Source: Opitutales bacterium
GTDB taxonomy: Bacteria; Verrucomicrobiota; Verrucomicrobiia; Opitutales; Oceanipulchritudinaceae
NCBI GenBank assembly: GCA_007133065.1
Contig: SLNJ01000019.1
Span: 67,502-131,501 of the forward strand
Direction of reading: 5' to 3'
DNA: 64,000 bases
In this document: positions 61,308-64,000 of the stretch, piece by piece
Position numbering within the stretch: the stretch's first letter is position 1
How the letters are laid out: the number at the start of each line of letters is the position of its first letter
The notes under the pieces: model-generated
The model's input: only the letters and a program-made list of their open reading frames with translations
Databases searched by the model: none
What the model was told of the DNA's origin: nothing
Translations under genes and position numbers: made by a program

Positions 61308-62550
61308 GCGACCGGCGACACCAGACTCCGGGTTGGCATTTCCCATACCGCTCGCAGCGAATGCCGGTGTTCGCCCGCAATGCCGTGGCTACCTCGCAAC
61401 CGCTGGCTACCCAGGCCGGGCTCCAGATGCTTTCCGATGGGGCAACGCAATGGACGCTGCGCTCGCCGCCGCAATCGCGCTTACCGTCGTGGAACCGTGC
61501 AGCAACGGGATCGGTTCGGACGCATTTGCCATCGTTTGGGCGGATCAATCGCTGCACGGATGGAACGGGTCCGGTCGGGCTCCAAGAGGATTGAAGCGTG
61601 AGCACTTCGGGAATGCCGATCAGATGCCGATGCTTGGTTGGGGGACGGTGACCACCCCGGGCGCCGTCGAGAGCTGGGTCCGACTTAGTGACCGCTTCGG
61701 CAGGCTCCCGTTCAAACGCCTCTTCGCTCCAGCGATTGGGTTCGCCTGCGATGGATTCCCGGTTTCCCCGAAGACCGCGTGTGCCTGGTCCCGAGCGCGG
61801 GATGTGTACCGCGACTTTCCGGATTGGCAGGCTCATTTTGTCCCCGAGGGATTCGAGCCGGTACCCGGTGCGATTTTTCATTCGCACGCGATGGAACACC
61901 CGGCCGGAGATTTTCTGCAGGATTCATGGCTCCAAAGCCAGAGTGAACGAATCCGCATGGATCGCGCACTCGACCTCGCACCGCAGATCTTTCCGGAGCG
62001 GGGCACGGTGTGCCTCTCGGCTGCCGATGCGAGTGGATGCATGGTCTCGTACATCCAGTCGAACTATATGGGATTCGGTTCCGGGGTCGTCATTCCCGGG
62101 ACCGGAATCGCCATGCAGAATCGGGGGAGCGGGTTCTGCCTGACTCCAGGACATCCGAATGAATACGCACCGAACAAACGGCCGTTTCACACAATCATCC
62201 CCGGTTTTGTATGTCGCGATGACGCTCCTCTGTTCGCATTCGGTTTGATGGGGGGCCACATGCAGGCGCAGGGACACCTGCAGATGGTGCGCCGGATCTT
62301 CGACCTGGCCGAGAATCCACAGGCTGCCTCCGACGCCCCACGCTGGCACCTCCGGACCGATTTCAAGCTGATTTTCGAAAAGGACTTCCCGGTTTGGATG
62401 ATCGAGGAACTGCGCGCGCGCGGCCACGGCGTCGCCGGTTACGCCGCGGAATCGGCGTTCGGGGGCATGCAGGGGATCTATAGCCTCGAGAACGGGGTGT
62501 ACTGCGCGGCTTCCGATCATCGCAAGGACGCTTGCGCAGGCGGGGTTTAG
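61304..62550 (+). pseudogene. ggt: gamma-glutamyltransferase family gene, frameshifted in a G4 run and apparently internally shortened
   Basis: N-terminus MSDRRHQTPGWHF...FARNAVATSQPLATQAGLQMLSDG is in frame 2 (track ORF 61304..61594). The conserved continuation GNAMDAALAAAIALTVVEPCSNGIGSDAFAIVW... is in frame 1 (track ORF 61093..62550). The switch occurs at GGGG 61439-61442. The nucleophile region ERGTVCLSAAD...SNYMGFGSG and PGHPNEYAPNKRPFHTIIPG are present. Confidence 0.6.
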
Positions 62551-62609
62551 GGGCGGGGATCCCCGTCGGCGGGTCCGGTGCAACCGTCACGCTCTCCGTT
62601 CACGTTCGT

Positions 62610-62921
62610 TCACTCGTTCGCCTCCCGCTCCTTCAGCGCGCTGCGACAGAAGGCGCAGAGCATGTCGACGCGGCGGAAGGGAGAGCGGGTACGACTCATG
62701 GCCGCGTCGTCCGCGAGCACGACCGCACATCCGTACTGCTCGTTGATACGTGCCTCCAACTCGGCGATCAGGATGACCAGTCCCATGCTGTCCAACCCAC
62801 CGCTCTCGCCCCATAGCGGCGTCTCGGCTCGGGGGTCGCGCAGGGTGTCCAGCTGCCAATCCCGGTTCAGATCCCGGATTGTGGCGAGCACCAGGGACTC
62901 GATTTCGTTCTGCGTCGGCAT
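62610..62921 (-). CDS. acyl carrier protein-like protein
   Basis: 103 aa. ESGGLDSMGLVILIAELE is a DSL-type phosphopantetheine attachment motif in a 4-helix-sized protein. Confidence 0.6.
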   Translation of the reverse strand: MPTQNEIESLVLATIRDLNRDWQLDTLRDPRAETPLWGESGGLDSMGLVILIAELEARINEQYGCAVVLADDAAMSRTRSPFRRVDMLCAFCRSALKEREANE

Positions 62922-62942
62922 GGGTGGTTCCCGCGCATCAAA

Positions 62943-63659
62943 TCAGAGCTGCGCCGCTCGTGAATCCGGGATGAGGCAGAGCCGGGCGACATCACCGAGG
63001 ACCTCCTGGAACCCGGCGTCGTCCCATATTCGATCCAGGGAATGACTGCTTGTAATGCGAACGAAAAACTGCTCTCGGCGCAGGTTCACACCGTAGCGCA
63101 TCAGGTCCTGGAGAATCACGGTGATTGGCGGCGCCTCGTTGAACCCCCTGCGGTAAGTGTGAACCTCGCCGCCGACGATGTGCCAGTATACGACATGGAT
63201 GCGGTCGTGGTCCTTCTCAAAGGTTCGTCGCTCTGCCGGCAGTAATTCTCCCGCTTCCCGCGAATGCCTCGCTACGGCGAACTCCATGTCGGTGCAGCTC
63301 CAGCCCATCCACGTCCAGCAGCGGTCGGGCGTGTGCGCGTTGACCAGACGGACCGGCATGCTGCCCGGCGCCCAATACGCCAGATAGAGACTGAAATTAT
63401 CGCGGCCGCGCGTATACTCCCGGTACACGTAATCATCGAAATTCAGGATGGCCCGCGAGCGCGCTTCGATTTGCTCGGTCTGCCCCAGGGGAAGGTCGCG
63501 CACATGCCACGCGGAAACATCGCGGACCAGGGCCTCTTCGAGCGGCTCATCGAGGGTGCGGTGTTCTTCCGCGATCCACCTGGGAATAGCTTGGGCGATG
63601 ATGACCGCCGCGAGCAACGCGGCGATCACAATCAAAATCGCGCTCTTGGCAGGACCCAT
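62943..63659 (-). CDS. EpsI-family protein (exosortase-associated)
   Basis: Internal ATG 63659. N-terminal TM (SAILIVIAALLAAVIIAQAI), then ILNFDDYVYREYTRGRDNFSLYLAYWAPG...NAHTPDRCWTWMGWSC, which matches the EpsI HSPxxC...GW pattern. Confidence 0.65.
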   Translation of the reverse strand: MGPAKSAILIVIAALLAAVIIAQAIPRWIAEEHRTLDEPLEEALVRDVSAWHVRDLPLGQTEQIEARSRAILNFDDYVYREYTRGRDNFSLYLAYWAPGSMPVRLVNAHTPDRCWTWMGWSCTDMEFAVARHSREAGELLPAERRTFEKDHDRIHVVYWHIVGGEVHTYRRGFNEAPPITVILQDLMRYGVNLRREQFFVRITSSHSLDRIWDDAGFQEVLGDVARLCLIPDSRAAQL

Positions 63660-63838
63660 TAATTTGCTCTCCTTAGCGGCGGGGTATCCGCTTCTCCCGG
63701 CGATCGTCCAAAGCAGCCGGAGTGGCGAATCGTGATTGATGCAGAGTCCCCCCGCGGGTTCAAGGCATTTCTTCTCAATCGGTCCGGGATGAGATTTTCG
63801 GATTAACAACGGGGAGGTTTTGGTAGAGAAGAGTCGCG

Positions 63839-64000
63839 ATGACATGGGCAACCCATGGAGATTTCGTGCGGCGGTTTCGCCGGCAGACCGGTCGGGACGG
63901 CGCTTCGAAGCCGCCGCTGTCGCGTCGCGAGCGTGCGATCCTCGTGTTGCTCGCAGCATACCTCGTCGCGATGACATGGCCGGTCGGAGGGCAATTTTTC
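63839..64000 (+). CDS. hypothetical membrane protein, N-terminal fragment (runs off window end)
   Basis: Absent from the supplied track (no stop in window). ATG 63839: MTWATHGDFVRRFRRQTGRDGASKPPLSRRERAILVLLAAYLVAMTWPVGGQFF, open to nt 64000. Basic N-terminus, then a TM helix. Confidence 0.4.
   Translation, partial: MTWATHGDFVRRFRRQTGRDGASKPPLSRRERAILVLLAAYLVAMTWPVGGQFF

Noticed and set aside
59472-61346. 624-aa minus-strand ORF, plus the other long antisense/off-frame ORFs in 59849-61035
   Set aside because: They mirror the GAG/CGC/GCC-rich coiled-coil gene. The translations are Arg/Leu/Pro low complexity. The + strand product has a clear TM helix, coiled coil and globular organisation, and is ATGA-coupled to ggt.

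Overview
GC-rich, densely coding bacterial chromosomal window. I call about 58 protein genes and recognised no rRNA, tRNA, CRISPR array, transposase or integrase.

Most of it is housekeeping:
- lipid A genes (Gfo/Idh/MocA oxidoreductase and lpxB)
- leuCD, exbBD, lemA plus an M48 peptidase, prmC
- hexuronate genes (SDR and uxaC), a GT2, metH, cls
- dnaK, groES-groEL, ligA, ruvX
- a manC-like gene, a moeB-like gene, an MsbA-like ABC exporter, ptsH, an rhlE-like helicase, gluQ

Less ordinary content:
1. Two back-to-back type II toxin-antitoxin pairs (990-2503) with a readable promoter/operator.
2. A five-gene secretin operon (19655-26106) in which every junction is an ATGA overlap. It includes a PilM-PilN fusion and resembles the Akkermansia Amuc_1098-1102 pilus-like locus.
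3. An envelope/glycolipid block: a CotH-LTD surface protein, an orphan ABC-2 permease, and a minus-strand operon of ACP-dehydratase fusion / KAS / MGDG-synthase-like GT / GT4 (38086-42734).
4. An uncharacterised pair (58116-61307): a divergent MotA/ExbB-type channel protein, and a partner with a single Asp-bearing TM helix, a long coiled coil and an apparently inactive protease-like head. This is my top candidate for an undescribed system. It is translationally coupled to a frameshifted, internally shortened gamma-glutamyltransferase.
5. An EpsI-family plus ACP-like pair at the right edge.

The gene content suggests Verrucomicrobiota/PVC, but that is inference only.

Limits:
- Many very long ORFs in the supplied track are antisense shadows of real genes (a high-GC artefact) and were rejected.
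- The track also misses two edge-truncated ORFs that have no stop codon inside the window.
- All start codons were chosen by eye.
- All family assignments rest on motif recognition, not on database searches.
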